NCBI GenBank assembly: GCA_963701295.1 | Contig: OY969585.1 | Span: 2,656,001-2,720,000, forward strand | Source: Ignavibacteriota bacterium | Lineage (GTDB): Bacteria > Bacteroidota > Ignavibacteria > UBA10030 | Length of the DNA stretch: 64,000 nt | Reading direction: 5' to 3' | Shown: positions 13,562 to 23,616 of the stretch, piece after piece | Numbering within the stretch: the stretch's first letter is position 1 | How the letters are laid out: each line of letters begins with the position of its first letter | Program-made: the position numbers and the translations under genes | The notes under the pieces: model-generated | Told to the model about the DNA's origin: nothing | The model's input: the letters and a program-made list of their open reading frames with translations, nothing else | Databases searched by the model: none

Positions 13562-14532
13562 TAGAATTTCAAAGAAAATGAGAGAATGTGAATGCCGCTT
13601 GGACTATAAGGCTCAAACACATAGGCATATTGAAAAGCAGGTGTCCATGTTGAAAGTTTTGTCTGAATGGATATACCCACTGAAGGTTTTGCAGGCATAT
13701 CTGCGTTCAATGCAATCTGATCTATGCCGCCTCGGATATGGATGCCATCATACACTTCAAGTTCTGAACCGATACGAAAAAATTCTGCGGAGCCGATCGC
13801 CTCGAACTCACCAGACACTAAAAAAGAATATTTTAATGGAGACCAACTTATGCCGATTCGTTTCCTTAGCGGAAATCGTTCCATGCTGGAATTACCGTCT
13901 ATTCCATACAACGGAGAAGTGTCCCATGTATACTTTGCATTGATATCCTGCACAACAGCCCCAAGAGTAAATTCATCAGTGAGGAGATAGAGTACGCCAA
14001 TGTCTAATGCCGCTGTTGTGCTTTTCATACCTTCAACAAAATTGTAATATAAGACTTTTAAAGTAATGCCGAGTGAAAATTTAGGAACAGGCTGCAACCC
14101 GAAGCTAAACATGAACGAGTTCTCTGATGTACTATACGTTTGTGTATGAACGCCATCTTCGTCTCTGCCATCAATGTTTCCAACTCCAGCGTTGATAAGA
14201 GATAATGAAATCCCTGCATTCGGTTTCAAACTTTGTGTATAACTTAGATAGTTCAGTCCTCGATCGAGAGAAAGGACGCCATAAGCTGCAATAGCCGTTG
14301 GTGTAGACTCAAAAGGCAATGCCGCAGGATTGTAGTATGCTTGTATGTCACCATTGATGACAGCAGTCATTGCATTTCCCATTGCAATTCCGCGTGCGCC
14401 AAATCCCATACGCATCGGAGCACCGGCAAGTCCTCCAATGGAAGAACTACTTTGTTGTTGGGTAAAGACGATGTTCCAAAATATTATTGAAAGAATAACA
14501 GTCGATATGCTATATCGGGAAGAGAAGTTCAT
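13561..14532 (-). CDS. PorV/PorQ-family (FadL-like) outer-membrane beta-barrel
   Basis: GARGIAMGNA...YYNPAAL plug motif and C-terminal Phe. ATG 14532 overlaps the upstream stop. Confidence 0.75.
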   Translation of the reverse strand: MNFSSRYSISTVILSIIFWNIVFTQQQSSSSIGGLAGAPMRMGFGARGIAMGNAMTAVINGDIQAYYNPAALPFESTPTAIAAYGVLSLDRGLNYLSYTQSLKPNAGISLSLINAGVGNIDGRDEDGVHTQTYSTSENSFMFSFGLQPVPKFSLGITLKVLYYNFVEGMKSTTAALDIGVLYLLTDEFTLGAVVQDINAKYTWDTSPLYGIDGNSSMERFPLRKRIGISWSPLKYSFLVSGEFEAIGSAEFFRIGSELEVYDGIHIRGGIDQIALNADMPAKPSVGISIQTKLSTWTPAFQYAYVFEPYSPSGIHILSFSLKF

Positions 14533-16079
14533 TTCAACACCAATATTTTTCCCCATATTGGTGCTTGATCAGTTATCTCAACGCGATAAAAATAAACACC
14601 ATTTGCCACTATAGAACGATTATCATTTTTTCCGTCCCAGATTTCGTCATATTCTTTTCCATTCAAACGTGATGCGTTCTGAATAAGTGTGCGAACGGGT
14701 TGCATTGCATAATCAAAAATACGAATAGTTATATTTTTGAATCCAGAATTTGTGGTACCGAGGCTGTAGTGAAGACGAACAGGCTCATTGTTCGGGGAAA
14801 AAGGATTGGGGAATGAATATGTTTTTTTGTTGTTTGCAACTTGTTCCGCTGTGCGGAAGATGCGCCATGTAGAACCAAATGGACGTGAAGGCGAATCGAT
14901 TGTATACGCAATTCCTTCTGGTCCCCCGTACCATACGGTATCTCCCTTAACGCCAACGCCATAGCATTCTGTTGAAACGAAACGCTGCAAGCTGGTTGTA
15001 TCGTAGATAGAGCCGCTTCGAACCCAACTCTCTCCGGAATCAGAAGATCGGAAGAGTCCATTGTCAGTTGCAATATAAACCAAAGAATCTTTGAAAGCGA
15101 TATTATGAGCCCATTCGCCAAGCAATGTGGTTTTCCAAGTTTCGCCGTCATCCTCAGAAAAACTTACACCTTTAATTTCATCGGGGTCGACCGCATTCAA
15201 TGTTGATGCCCAAATAATATTATGCCAGTGCTGCTCCGAAATCGCTGTAACCCAATTGCCTGAGATGGGATGGATCTGGTTTTGATGAGAAAACTTTCGC
15301 CAACTTATTCCACCATCAGTGGATTTGTTAATTCCACCAGCAGTTCCGACCCAAATCGTACTATCGCTGTTTGCATAAACAGAAAAGACTAAATGATTAT
15401 TATTTGCCGTGAGACCCAGACGTCCCGCTGACGGTGATAGATCAAATGCAAAATTAAGTGAATCACTTGGCTTAATAGAATCAAGACTATCTGGAGGAAG
15501 AATAACGCGTGTCCATGTACTGCCAAAATCAGTCGATTTGCGAAGCATGCCAGCCCAGCTTGCGGTCCATACAGTGTTTTTTGTCAAAGCGATGTCGAAG
15601 GTAATGTTTTGCTGTGGCACAGTAATACACATAGCAAGAATTTTGTTGCTTCCATAACTCAATGTATCTACAGTCCCTTGGTCAACAGGTTGAGGAATGA
15701 AAGACCATGTAGTTCCATGATCAGTCGAATAATGTAGTCCACCACCGGTCTGCACATCCTCATCACCTAATTTTGTGGTATACCCTGTAGCAACCCAAAT
15801 GTCGTTATCTTTTATTGCAATTGCAGAGATACCTTTATTATCAAAGGTGGAAGTACCAGAAAAATTCGTCCAGGTTGTTCCTCCGTTGGAGGTAAAGCTT
15901 AACCCTTTTTCCGTTCCGAACCAAACTGTATCTTGTTGAACGAGTATATCATCAACAGAATTTGTGAGTGGTAGTGGACTAGTAGGAATGGAATTAAAGC
16001 GAAAGGTTTTCGGAAGTTGGGCAACAGCACTAACTCCAGAGATGTAAACTCCAAAAAGTATAAAAACGAACTTATTCAA
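14529..16079 (-). CDS. Secreted BNR/Asp-box beta-propeller protein with FlgD-Ig/T9SS-type C-terminal domain
   Basis: Repeated S.D.G.TW boxes; C-terminal YSFPNPFSP...WDGKN...NGVYFYRVE. Confidence 0.8.
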   Translation of the reverse strand: MNKFVFILFGVYISGVSAVAQLPKTFRFNSIPTSPLPLTNSVDDILVQQDTVWFGTEKGLSFTSNGGTTWTNFSGTSTFDNKGISAIAIKDNDIWVATGYTTKLGDEDVQTGGGLHYSTDHGTTWSFIPQPVDQGTVDTLSYGSNKILAMCITVPQQNITFDIALTKNTVWTASWAGMLRKSTDFGSTWTRVILPPDSLDSIKPSDSLNFAFDLSPSAGRLGLTANNNHLVFSVYANSDSTIWVGTAGGINKSTDGGISWRKFSHQNQIHPISGNWVTAISEQHWHNIIWASTLNAVDPDEIKGVSFSEDDGETWKTTLLGEWAHNIAFKDSLVYIATDNGLFRSSDSGESWVRSGSIYDTTSLQRFVSTECYGVGVKGDTVWYGGPEGIAYTIDSPSRPFGSTWRIFRTAEQVANNKKTYSFPNPFSPNNEPVRLHYSLGTTNSGFKNITIRIFDYAMQPVRTLIQNASRLNGKEYDEIWDGKNDNRSIVANGVYFYRVEITDQAPIWGKILVLK

Positions 16080-16893
16080 TTTGTATCACATTTGTTATCA
16101 CAATGGTCTTTATTAATATATTGCTTGTATCATTTGATCGATCAACCGCACAAAACCGAAATGTATATGGACCAAGACTTGGTGGTGGATTCAGGCTAAC
16201 TTGTTCCGTATAGATACTATCATTTATAGCATATAATTGTAGTTTTTTGCCGCTTGGTGTGAATCTTAAAACAGACTTAATATCACCTTGTCCGTCGGGA
16301 TTGAGAACCTTTAAACTGTTCTCAAATGTGGTCGTAGTCGAAAGATTGATCGTATCTGGAGAAATAAGATCAGAAATGACAGGTGGGTGATTTATTCGTA
16401 CGATCGTTAGAGGCAATAGAATAGTATTGCTTAAATCTCCTGTTTGGTTCTCGCTCCAAAGTGATAATGTCAGTTTCCCTACCAGTACGCGTTCAAACTG
16501 AAATTGAACGTACCCAGAATAAATGCTGTCATCTGCAATTTGATCTGGCGGAATTCCTTCATCATTGAGAAGTCCTGTTCCTAATATGGTCGAAGAATCA
16601 TCAACCATAACAGAGTACTTGACCGCAGATATTGCTTTCTTTCCTTCAAGATGGAAAACTTTTATTGTAACGATTCCTTCAATGGTGAGCAAATCATTTG
16701 CTTTTCGTTCGATTCCAACGTTCATAGTGTCTGTATTGATGATGCTCAGAGAAGATGTGGCATTAGATACAAAAGGTGCGTTGCCAGCTGAATTGATCAC
16801 AGTGTCGTATTTCTTTTCACAACCTGAAAGGAAGATACAGCTGAGACCAACAGCGAAAGGAAATAGAAATATTTTGCGTAGCAACTGACGCAC
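16072..16893 (-). CDS. Lipoprotein, choice-of-anchor-X-like motif
   Basis: Lipobox LSGC; LNDEG...DQIADDSIYSG motif. Confidence 0.6.
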   Translation of the reverse strand: MRQLLRKIFLFPFAVGLSCIFLSGCEKKYDTVINSAGNAPFVSNATSSLSIINTDTMNVGIERKANDLLTIEGIVTIKVFHLEGKKAISAVKYSVMVDDSSTILGTGLLNDEGIPPDQIADDSIYSGYVQFQFERVLVGKLTLSLWSENQTGDLSNTILLPLTIVRINHPPVISDLISPDTINLSTTTTFENSLKVLNPDGQGDIKSVLRFTPSGKKLQLYAINDSIYTEQVSLNPPPSLGPYTFRFCAVDRSNDTSNILIKTIVITNVIQIE

Positions 16894-17030
16894 TGATTGC
16901 TTTCTTACTGTTCTATGAGCAAAATAAAAATTATAGCAATCGTCTATCAGTCAGCCTTTATAAATGAAGAGATTCAATCAACTACATCTAAGATATAAAA
17001 TAATATTGAAAAATTCAAATATCTAGAAGC

Positions 17031-18089
17031 CTATATAGTGAGTGGATTCAATGAAAAAGAGAGAATAAAAATGACGATACAGAACCATCCGATTGCCATT
17101 CGTTTTGAATCAAGAGGTGTCTCGTCAGATACAGGCGGATGGTACAATTTAATGATGTAGAGCGCAATCATTGCCCAGAAAAACCAAGCGGACCAGCTAT
17201 ATTGAGCGAAGGGTATAATTTGACCAACGTCATGTTTATAAACAAATTCAAATAACGTTCTCAGAATTGTGTCAGAGAGCGATGGTACACTGAATGCAAG
17301 AAGAGCGTAGAATGATATCCGTGCAATTTTCCGATGGAGTTCTCCGAACATTGTGTATATCACATGTCCACCATCGAACTGGCCCATCGGAATGAGATTC
17401 AAAGCTGTAACGAACAGGCCAAACCAGCCGGCGCAAAGAAAAGGATAATGGTACATCTCGCTCATAGGCGGAACGAATTGAAGCGAAGGGTTTGTCAGCA
17501 GGTCTTTCAAACCAGAATAGAGAAGTGTGTTTCCGAATGCAAGCGGCATCCCATGAGCGCCAGCTGATGCATTGATGGCAAAATTATAGTCTGGGTGAAT
17601 AGCAAGTATAAATTCCGGAGATGGCAGATGGAGAAAACCGTAAACGAGAACCAACAGGGAAGCGATGAACCCTGCAATAGGTCCTGCAACGCCGATATCA
17701 AACATTACTTTTTTTGATGGAATGATGGTCTTTGTTCGAATGACTGCGCCAAACGTACCGAAATTCAAGAATAGTTGCAGTAAAACAGGAATGGGCGGAA
17801 AAGGAATGAAATATGGCAATGTTGCGTTCACTTTATGGTATCGAGAAGCAAAGTAGTGCCCGAATTCATGACTGGCAAGGATGAACAAAATGGCGGCAGA
17901 GTAAGGAATGCCGAGATGAAAGTTGCTGAGTTCAAATGGGTCTTGATTCAGCCATAGGACACCGGCAACAGTGGTAGTAAAAAATGTAAGTATAAATAAC
18001 CCAAAGTGAAAGAACCAACGGAACACTATGGCGATTCTCTTACAATTTTCCTTATGGATATTCATTGTTTGATCTTGATGAGAATCCAT
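17031..18089 (-). CDS. Site-2 protease (M50) family zinc metalloprotease
   Basis: HEFGH, AGP and NLIPMGQFDGGH motifs. Confidence 0.92.
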   Translation of the reverse strand: MDSHQDQTMNIHKENCKRIAIVFRWFFHFGLFILTFFTTTVAGVLWLNQDPFELSNFHLGIPYSAAILFILASHEFGHYFASRYHKVNATLPYFIPFPPIPVLLQLFLNFGTFGAVIRTKTIIPSKKVMFDIGVAGPIAGFIASLLVLVYGFLHLPSPEFILAIHPDYNFAINASAGAHGMPLAFGNTLLYSGLKDLLTNPSLQFVPPMSEMYHYPFLCAGWFGLFVTALNLIPMGQFDGGHVIYTMFGELHRKIARISFYALLAFSVPSLSDTILRTLFEFVYKHDVGQIIPFAQYSWSAWFFWAMIALYIIKLYHPPVSDETPLDSKRMAIGWFCIVIFILSFSLNPLTI

Positions 18090-18143
18090 CGTTTCCTTGC
18101 TGTAAATACTTATGAAAGATAAATAAACTTCTTTTCACTTTTA

Positions 18144-19775
18144 TTATCTTGCATGTAAAGCCGGAACTAGCCAAATAGGGTTTGTTAAACAAAAATGAGG
18201 CTGTGCATCATTTGAGTCGGACGACGACGTCCATACCTCTGCGCGGATGTAACTCTTTCTCTTGATCTCTAGTGAAAAATTCCTAGTGATAGTATATTTC
18301 TGAAATAGTTTTTCATAGATGACCACCGTCTCTCTTACACCTGTACTACCCATAAAGACTTTGACAAAATCAATTGAACCATATTCACTTGAAGAGCTGA
18401 CTTCAAGTGAAACCGAGTGTGTATCTCCTGTGATTATTTTTCCGATTGAACTGATTTGATGTGTTGGAGAGTTTATGAACAAATTAATGGCAGGTCCATC
18501 TGTGACAATAGTTTTTCCCGAGTGAATAGCACTCAGGATGTTCTCCTCAGAAAGTGATTCAAGATAGACCCCAGTTCTCATCTTGCCAAACAATTGGTGT
18601 CCAGTTTCTCGAATTTTCAAGAAAGGAATACCAATCTGTCGAAAGCGATTGAAGTTACCATGAGCATCGTCGCCAGCGAGAACAAATATTTGTTTACCCT
18701 CTAACAATGCTTCTATCCATTGGCGATAACCCTCCCAAAAACCGTCAGATACGTATCCATTGACGAACTGAATTCCGGTGAGCTGAGGGTGGATAAAATC
18801 TTGTTGAAGCCATTTACCTCGCCGTAATAACAATCTCTGAAGAAAGGAAATCCGTTCTTTCGGATGAGCCGCAAAAGAAAGCACAGACAGATCGACACTC
18901 TTCATAATTTCATTGACATTGTGTTCGCTGCGTGTTTTAAGCCAAAGTTCAGCCCCATCTCCTGAGCCATAGAAAAATTTTCGATTACCAAGAAGCAGCA
19001 GATGAATATTTTGGTTTTTGGAGTTACGGCAGGTTACTTCTTCGCCGCGGACGATCACAAAGTCCTGATGCTTGGAGTTGTGATTATCTACTTCCTGCTG
19101 TAATAAACTCCATTTGGGCAAATTCGAATCATTCACCAAATAGTTATCGATTGAATCATCCAAATCATATGAATGGTCGGTTACACAAAAAAACGATAAA
19201 CCAAGCGCAAGGCTTAACTGAGTCGAAGCTTCCAGTGGTGCACCAAATTCGACTTGATCGTCTGTATAAGAGGAGTGTGAGTGGCATTCTCCAAAGTGAA
19301 GATGTTCAAATCGCGGCAGAGGAGAAGGTGCAACGAAAATCTTCAATGGCTGATGAGATGAAGTTCGATGGTTGTCATTATGATAAGACAATTGTTTTTT
19401 TCCATCATTGATCTCAAATAGTACATCGCATTCTATAATGCCGCTTATATCTTCTAAAGGAACTTTATATATCCTCCACCAGAGCTTTTCAGTCAATTCA
19501 ACAGGGGATTTCAGCAATTCCTTTTCTATAATTTTTTTCCCAGCTTTTCGAATGACGACGCTCACTTTGTTTAATTTAAGTGGAAATTGGTGTGCATCCT
19601 TCACAAGAACGAGAATAGGCAGAAGTTGATTGGGTTCTATTCGGTGAGGTGCATCAGCAATGATCTCCGGTTCGTGTTTCCGTAAAAAGCTGAAAAAAAA
19701 TCGAAACCGATAATGTGTTTCAGCGTAGAGAAAAACAGGAAGCATTTGCAGTAAGGAGGGAAGAAGGTCAGTCAA
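18144..19775 (-). CDS. PHP-domain (CehA/McbA-like) metallohydrolase
   Basis: HSHS, TDHS, GEE, AHP and GDDAH metal-ligand motifs. Start uncertain (TTG 19775 overlapping the upstream stop, or ATG 19745). Confidence 0.75.
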   Translation of the reverse strand: MTDLLPSLLQMLPVFLYAETHYRFRFFFSFLRKHEPEIIADAPHRIEPNQLLPILVLVKDAHQFPLKLNKVSVVIRKAGKKIIEKELLKSPVELTEKLWWRIYKVPLEDISGIIECDVLFEINDGKKQLSYHNDNHRTSSHQPLKIFVAPSPLPRFEHLHFGECHSHSSYTDDQVEFGAPLEASTQLSLALGLSFFCVTDHSYDLDDSIDNYLVNDSNLPKWSLLQQEVDNHNSKHQDFVIVRGEEVTCRNSKNQNIHLLLLGNRKFFYGSGDGAELWLKTRSEHNVNEIMKSVDLSVLSFAAHPKERISFLQRLLLRRGKWLQQDFIHPQLTGIQFVNGYVSDGFWEGYRQWIEALLEGKQIFVLAGDDAHGNFNRFRQIGIPFLKIRETGHQLFGKMRTGVYLESLSEENILSAIHSGKTIVTDGPAINLFINSPTHQISSIGKIITGDTHSVSLEVSSSSEYGSIDFVKVFMGSTGVRETVVIYEKLFQKYTITRNFSLEIKRKSYIRAEVWTSSSDSNDAQPHFCLTNPIWLVPALHAR

Positions 19776-20866
19776 AACTCCCGCCCTTTCCATTTTACTT
19801 TTCCTCCGAAAAATACTAAGAATGGAAGGAGCATAACATAGATAATAAAGTATAGTTCAAAGCAGTAAAACCAACGCAATTCATCAGTTCGATCAAGTTG
19901 TTTGAGAATTTTATAAAGAAATATATAGTCAACAATAAACTTGATCATAAACGCTGTCGCAGTTTGCACAATCCCGCCCCAATACAACATAATAAGAGGG
20001 GAAAGATGCATGAAAAAACTGATAACCATGATAGCCAGTCCAGCCGGTTTCATACCAAGTCCGCCTTTGCCCCAACGGTGTTTTTGGCTAAGAAGTGTGA
20101 GTAAGTTTGAACATGGCTTACTTTCTACAAGATGTTTTGGATCGAGCGGATAACAGTATTGCCAATTTTGAGAGCCAACGATTGCTTGAACGACAGTGTA
20201 ATCCTCTGTCACACTGAATTTCAATTTGCGATATCCGCCAATTTGATCATACGCTGACTTTCGAAATGAAAGGTTGTTACCAATACTTCCAAGAGGATGT
20301 TTTAAACTTGCTGCTGCTGCCGCTGTACCAAGAATGAACGCCCAGTCAAGAGACTGCATTCCTTCAAAAGGTGTTGCAGCTTTTTGAAGTGTGAATCCGC
20401 CAATCAGCCCAACTTTGTCACCATATCTCTTTGAAGTTTGTTCAACCCAAGTCGGCGGAACCGTGCAATCAGCATCGGTAATGAGAATTATTTCTCCCTT
20501 GGTCACGTCAATGCCTTGGGCTAATGCGTTTGCCTTGCCTCGCAGGTGTGCATCGTCTTGAATGTGAACTAATTTAATGTGTGGATAACGCTGAATGAAG
20601 TTCTGGCAGATAGCTTCTGTTTTGTCAGTTGATCCGTCGTTGACTACGATAATTTCGTATTGAGACGTCGGATAGGTCTGGTTTGCTACAGATTCAAGAC
20701 AATTCGGAAGGTTTGTCTCTTCATTTCGCGCTGCTATGATAACTGAGACAAAAAGTCCGGATGAATCCACTATATAATCTCGATTACGCCTAAGTCCAAG
20801 GAAAAATATCCCTGCCTGACAGAGATAAAGAGTTGTAACAATTATCAGAAATGTTTCAAAAGTCAT
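19772..20866 (-). CDS. Membrane-anchored GT2 glycosyltransferase
   Basis: IIAARNEE, VNDGSTD, TDADC, TED, QKHRW. Confidence 0.9.
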   Translation of the reverse strand: MTFETFLIIVTTLYLCQAGIFFLGLRRNRDYIVDSSGLFVSVIIAARNEETNLPNCLESVANQTYPTSQYEIIVVNDGSTDKTEAICQNFIQRYPHIKLVHIQDDAHLRGKANALAQGIDVTKGEIILITDADCTVPPTWVEQTSKRYGDKVGLIGGFTLQKAATPFEGMQSLDWAFILGTAAAAASLKHPLGSIGNNLSFRKSAYDQIGGYRKLKFSVTEDYTVVQAIVGSQNWQYCYPLDPKHLVESKPCSNLLTLLSQKHRWGKGGLGMKPAGLAIMVISFFMHLSPLIMLYWGGIVQTATAFMIKFIVDYIFLYKILKQLDRTDELRWFYCFELYFIIYVMLLPFLVFFGGKVKWKGREF

Positions 20867-21483
20867 CTTGGCAACGGTTCAAAATTAAATCTCTTCTCCA
20901 GTAATTTATCAAGGAGAACTGGAAGATACGTGTAAAGTTTTTGAGCGGTGTCTTTGTTGTCGTGAAAAAGAAAAATGGAACCATTCGATGGCTGGTGCAG
21001 AACACGTTGTTCAATATCAAATTGTCTCTTCAATCGGTAGTCCTTGCTATCTATACTCCAGAGGACACAGGTTGATCCAATCTCTTTGAGCACATTCAGA
21101 ATTGTTAAATTAAAGTAGCCATAAGGAGGGCGGAAATATCGCGTCCGCTTACCTAAATATGATTCCAAGATATCCTCTGTCTGAATTATTTCATTTCGTA
21201 TAAAAGCTTTGTCCTTAAAGAATAAATTCGTGTGGGTATAGGAATGATTTCCGATATGATGACCTTCTGTAGCGACTTGTCGGGCAATGTCAGGATATTG
21301 TTGAACATTTTGCCCGAGGAAAAAGAAAGTCGCAAGAATATTTCGTTCTCTGAGAATGTTCAGAACGGCCGGTGTTGCTGTCGGATGTGGTCCGTCGTCA
21401 AATGTGAGATGAATCCCTGCAGTGGTTGTCGTGAAGAGAACCGAAGGAAAAAGCAACTGCAAGATTCGCGCATCGCATCTCAT
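20863..21483 (-). CDS. Polysaccharide deacetylase (CE4/NodB)
   Basis: LTFDDGP, NHSYTH, FRPPYG, LFHD. ATG 21483 overlaps the upstream stop. Confidence 0.93.
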   Translation of the reverse strand: MRCDARILQLLFPSVLFTTTTAGIHLTFDDGPHPTATPAVLNILRERNILATFFFLGQNVQQYPDIARQVATEGHHIGNHSYTHTNLFFKDKAFIRNEIIQTEDILESYLGKRTRYFRPPYGYFNLTILNVLKEIGSTCVLWSIDSKDYRLKRQFDIEQRVLHQPSNGSIFLFHDNKDTAQKLYTYLPVLLDKLLEKRFNFEPLPR

Positions 21484-22610
21484 CGCCGAATTGTACGTCC
21501 TTTCCACCGCATTGAAGCAATCTGTCCAACAGCAGCAGCAATGACAATATACGGAACGTGCAAAAACTCTGCAATCAGAAAGTGGAATATGGGAATGCGC
21601 TGTCGAAATAACCGCGCTCCGGAGCGAAGCGCGAAATAATCCACTAATATTTTACAGCCGAATGCTAGGAGAAGCGGTTGGATAAGCTGCGGTTCACGGA
21701 AAAGTAATATCATTGTCAGAAGCATACTTGCAAAAAATATATACAGACCAACGAGCGTGAATAAAATCGATTTATCTTCGTAATGGCCGCGTTTGTTTGC
21801 CCAGCGGATACGCTGACAAAAGAATGTTGATATTGTATTGGATGAGCTTGTCGTTACGACTGCATTTGCTTCTGGAGCAAATACAACTTTGCCAATTTTC
21901 CTATGTACCATTTTATTCATCAGGGATTCGTCATCATTGGAACTGCTCTCTGTGTCAAAACCCTCGATTGTTATAAATGCATCTTTCCGATAGGCAAGAT
22001 TTGCACCATTACAGATAATCGGACGCCCAGAACCGATCAATCCGGCTGCTGTTGTGATGAGTCCAAGAAATTCCAATTGTTCCATCTTTGCAAAAAAAGT
22101 ATTGGTATCGCATTCTGCAACGGGTCCCGCAACAAACACAACGTCTTCTTCAAAGTGATTGGCTATAATTTCAATCCACTTCGGCGGAACGATACAGTCG
22201 GCGTCTGTGGTTAGTATAATTTCTCCGGTTGCATGAGCAATACCTTTCGCAAGAGCGATTGGCTTACGTCCGATTTTTTGTGCAGAATCAAACATCGGAG
22301 AGAGAAGGTGAATGTTGGCGAAACGTTCAGCAAAGGATTTGACGATGGAAGCAGTCTTGTCCGTAGATCCATCGTCAACAATAATAATCTCGTAGCTGTT
22401 GTTGGGATAGGTTTGCTTGAGCAATGATTGAATGCATTTTTCAATATTGTTCTCTTCATTTCTTGCCGCCACTACAATGCTTATACGAGGCTTTATATTT
22501 TTAGGCTGTGCAAACTGAAGAGAAAGCAAACCAATACGCACACGCGTAATAAAATACATGTAATAAATTGAAGACAGCAATAGTACGCCGAGTGTTATAA
22601 TTTCAATCAT
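21480..22610 (-). CDS. Membrane-anchored GT2 glycosyltransferase
   Basis: VVAARNEE, DDGSTD, TDADC, NGANLAYR, QRIRW. Confidence 0.9.
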   Translation of the reverse strand: MIEIITLGVLLLSSIYYMYFITRVRIGLLSLQFAQPKNIKPRISIVVAARNEENNIEKCIQSLLKQTYPNNSYEIIIVDDGSTDKTASIVKSFAERFANIHLLSPMFDSAQKIGRKPIALAKGIAHATGEIILTTDADCIVPPKWIEIIANHFEEDVVFVAGPVAECDTNTFFAKMEQLEFLGLITTAAGLIGSGRPIICNGANLAYRKDAFITIEGFDTESSSNDDESLMNKMVHRKIGKVVFAPEANAVVTTSSSNTISTFFCQRIRWANKRGHYEDKSILFTLVGLYIFFASMLLTMILLFREPQLIQPLLLAFGCKILVDYFALRSGARLFRQRIPIFHFLIAEFLHVPYIVIAAAVGQIASMRWKGRTIRR

Positions 22611-23616
22611 GGAGATGTGTTTTTGATTGAGAAAATAATGATTGAAACATAGTCCATGCGGTAACGTGTGTGTGCTTCAAGAAGATGGTTCCGCAAATAC
22701 TTGGAAATAATACATTGATAACAAAGAGCAGCAGCGATGCATTTAAAGCAGCCGCTTGTGAAATACCGAACGTCGAAAAAAAGAAAACTGATCCTGCTTC
22801 ACGAATACCAAGGTCTCCCAAAGAAATCGGGATACAAGATTTCACAAACATCATCGCACTTGTTCCTATAAATGCATGGAACAGAGTGATCTCGCCGAAT
22901 GCATGGATGAAATAGAACATTTGTACTACCAGAACCCCGTGAAAAAAAAGTGTGCAGAGGAGTGTCGTAAACAACTGTTGCGGCTTCAAGAGAGTAAATC
23001 CATCAAGCACTCTTGTTACCCATGACTTTTGGAAAAATGAAGCATTGAGACGATGTCCTAATACTGCCAACAGATCCATGCGCATAAAGAATACGAGAGA
23101 AAGAAATACGATAAAAAAAGATAGTGTAACAATGAAGAACGAGTCTCTTGAATATAAAAATAAAAGACTTATCGCACCGGCTGCGCTTGTGACAACAAAT
23201 ATTTGCGCTTTATCGAGAAGAGCCAAACCAACCAAATGAGATTTTCTTGCATCAGCAATATGCAAGGCGCGTCCGGCAAAATCACCAATTTCGCCGGGCG
23301 TAAAGGAACCGAAGGAAATTCCAAGCATCACCGAGCCGAACGCTTCCCAAAATGTAGGCCTATTCTTCACAGAGTGAAGCATAATACGCCACTTCAGAGT
23401 TCTGATACTAAGATTCGCAAAGAGTAAGAGTCCGCCGATAAGGATGTATCTACCATCCGCGGATTGATATGCAGAAAGTACATTCTGCCATGTTACTAAG
23501 GAGACAACAAAGTAGAGAACGATCACACTAATGACGATACGAGTCACTACCGAGATCAATCTTTTCCGGATCTCTCCAGTCCTAATTTTATCTACACTTT
23601 TTAACTTTGTTTCCAT
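22603..23616 (-). CDS. Flippase-like / lysylphosphatidylglycerol-synthase TM-domain protein
   Basis: TPGEIGDFAGR and P...GDLGIREA motifs; polytopic. Confidence 0.8.
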   Translation of the reverse strand: METKLKSVDKIRTGEIRKRLISVVTRIVISVIVLYFVVSLVTWQNVLSAYQSADGRYILIGGLLLFANLSIRTLKWRIMLHSVKNRPTFWEAFGSVMLGISFGSFTPGEIGDFAGRALHIADARKSHLVGLALLDKAQIFVVTSAAGAISLLFLYSRDSFFIVTLSFFIVFLSLVFFMRMDLLAVLGHRLNASFFQKSWVTRVLDGFTLLKPQQLFTTLLCTLFFHGVLVVQMFYFIHAFGEITLFHAFIGTSAMMFVKSCIPISLGDLGIREAGSVFFFSTFGISQAAALNASLLLFVINVLFPSICGTIFLKHTHVTAWTMFQSLFSQSKTHLHD

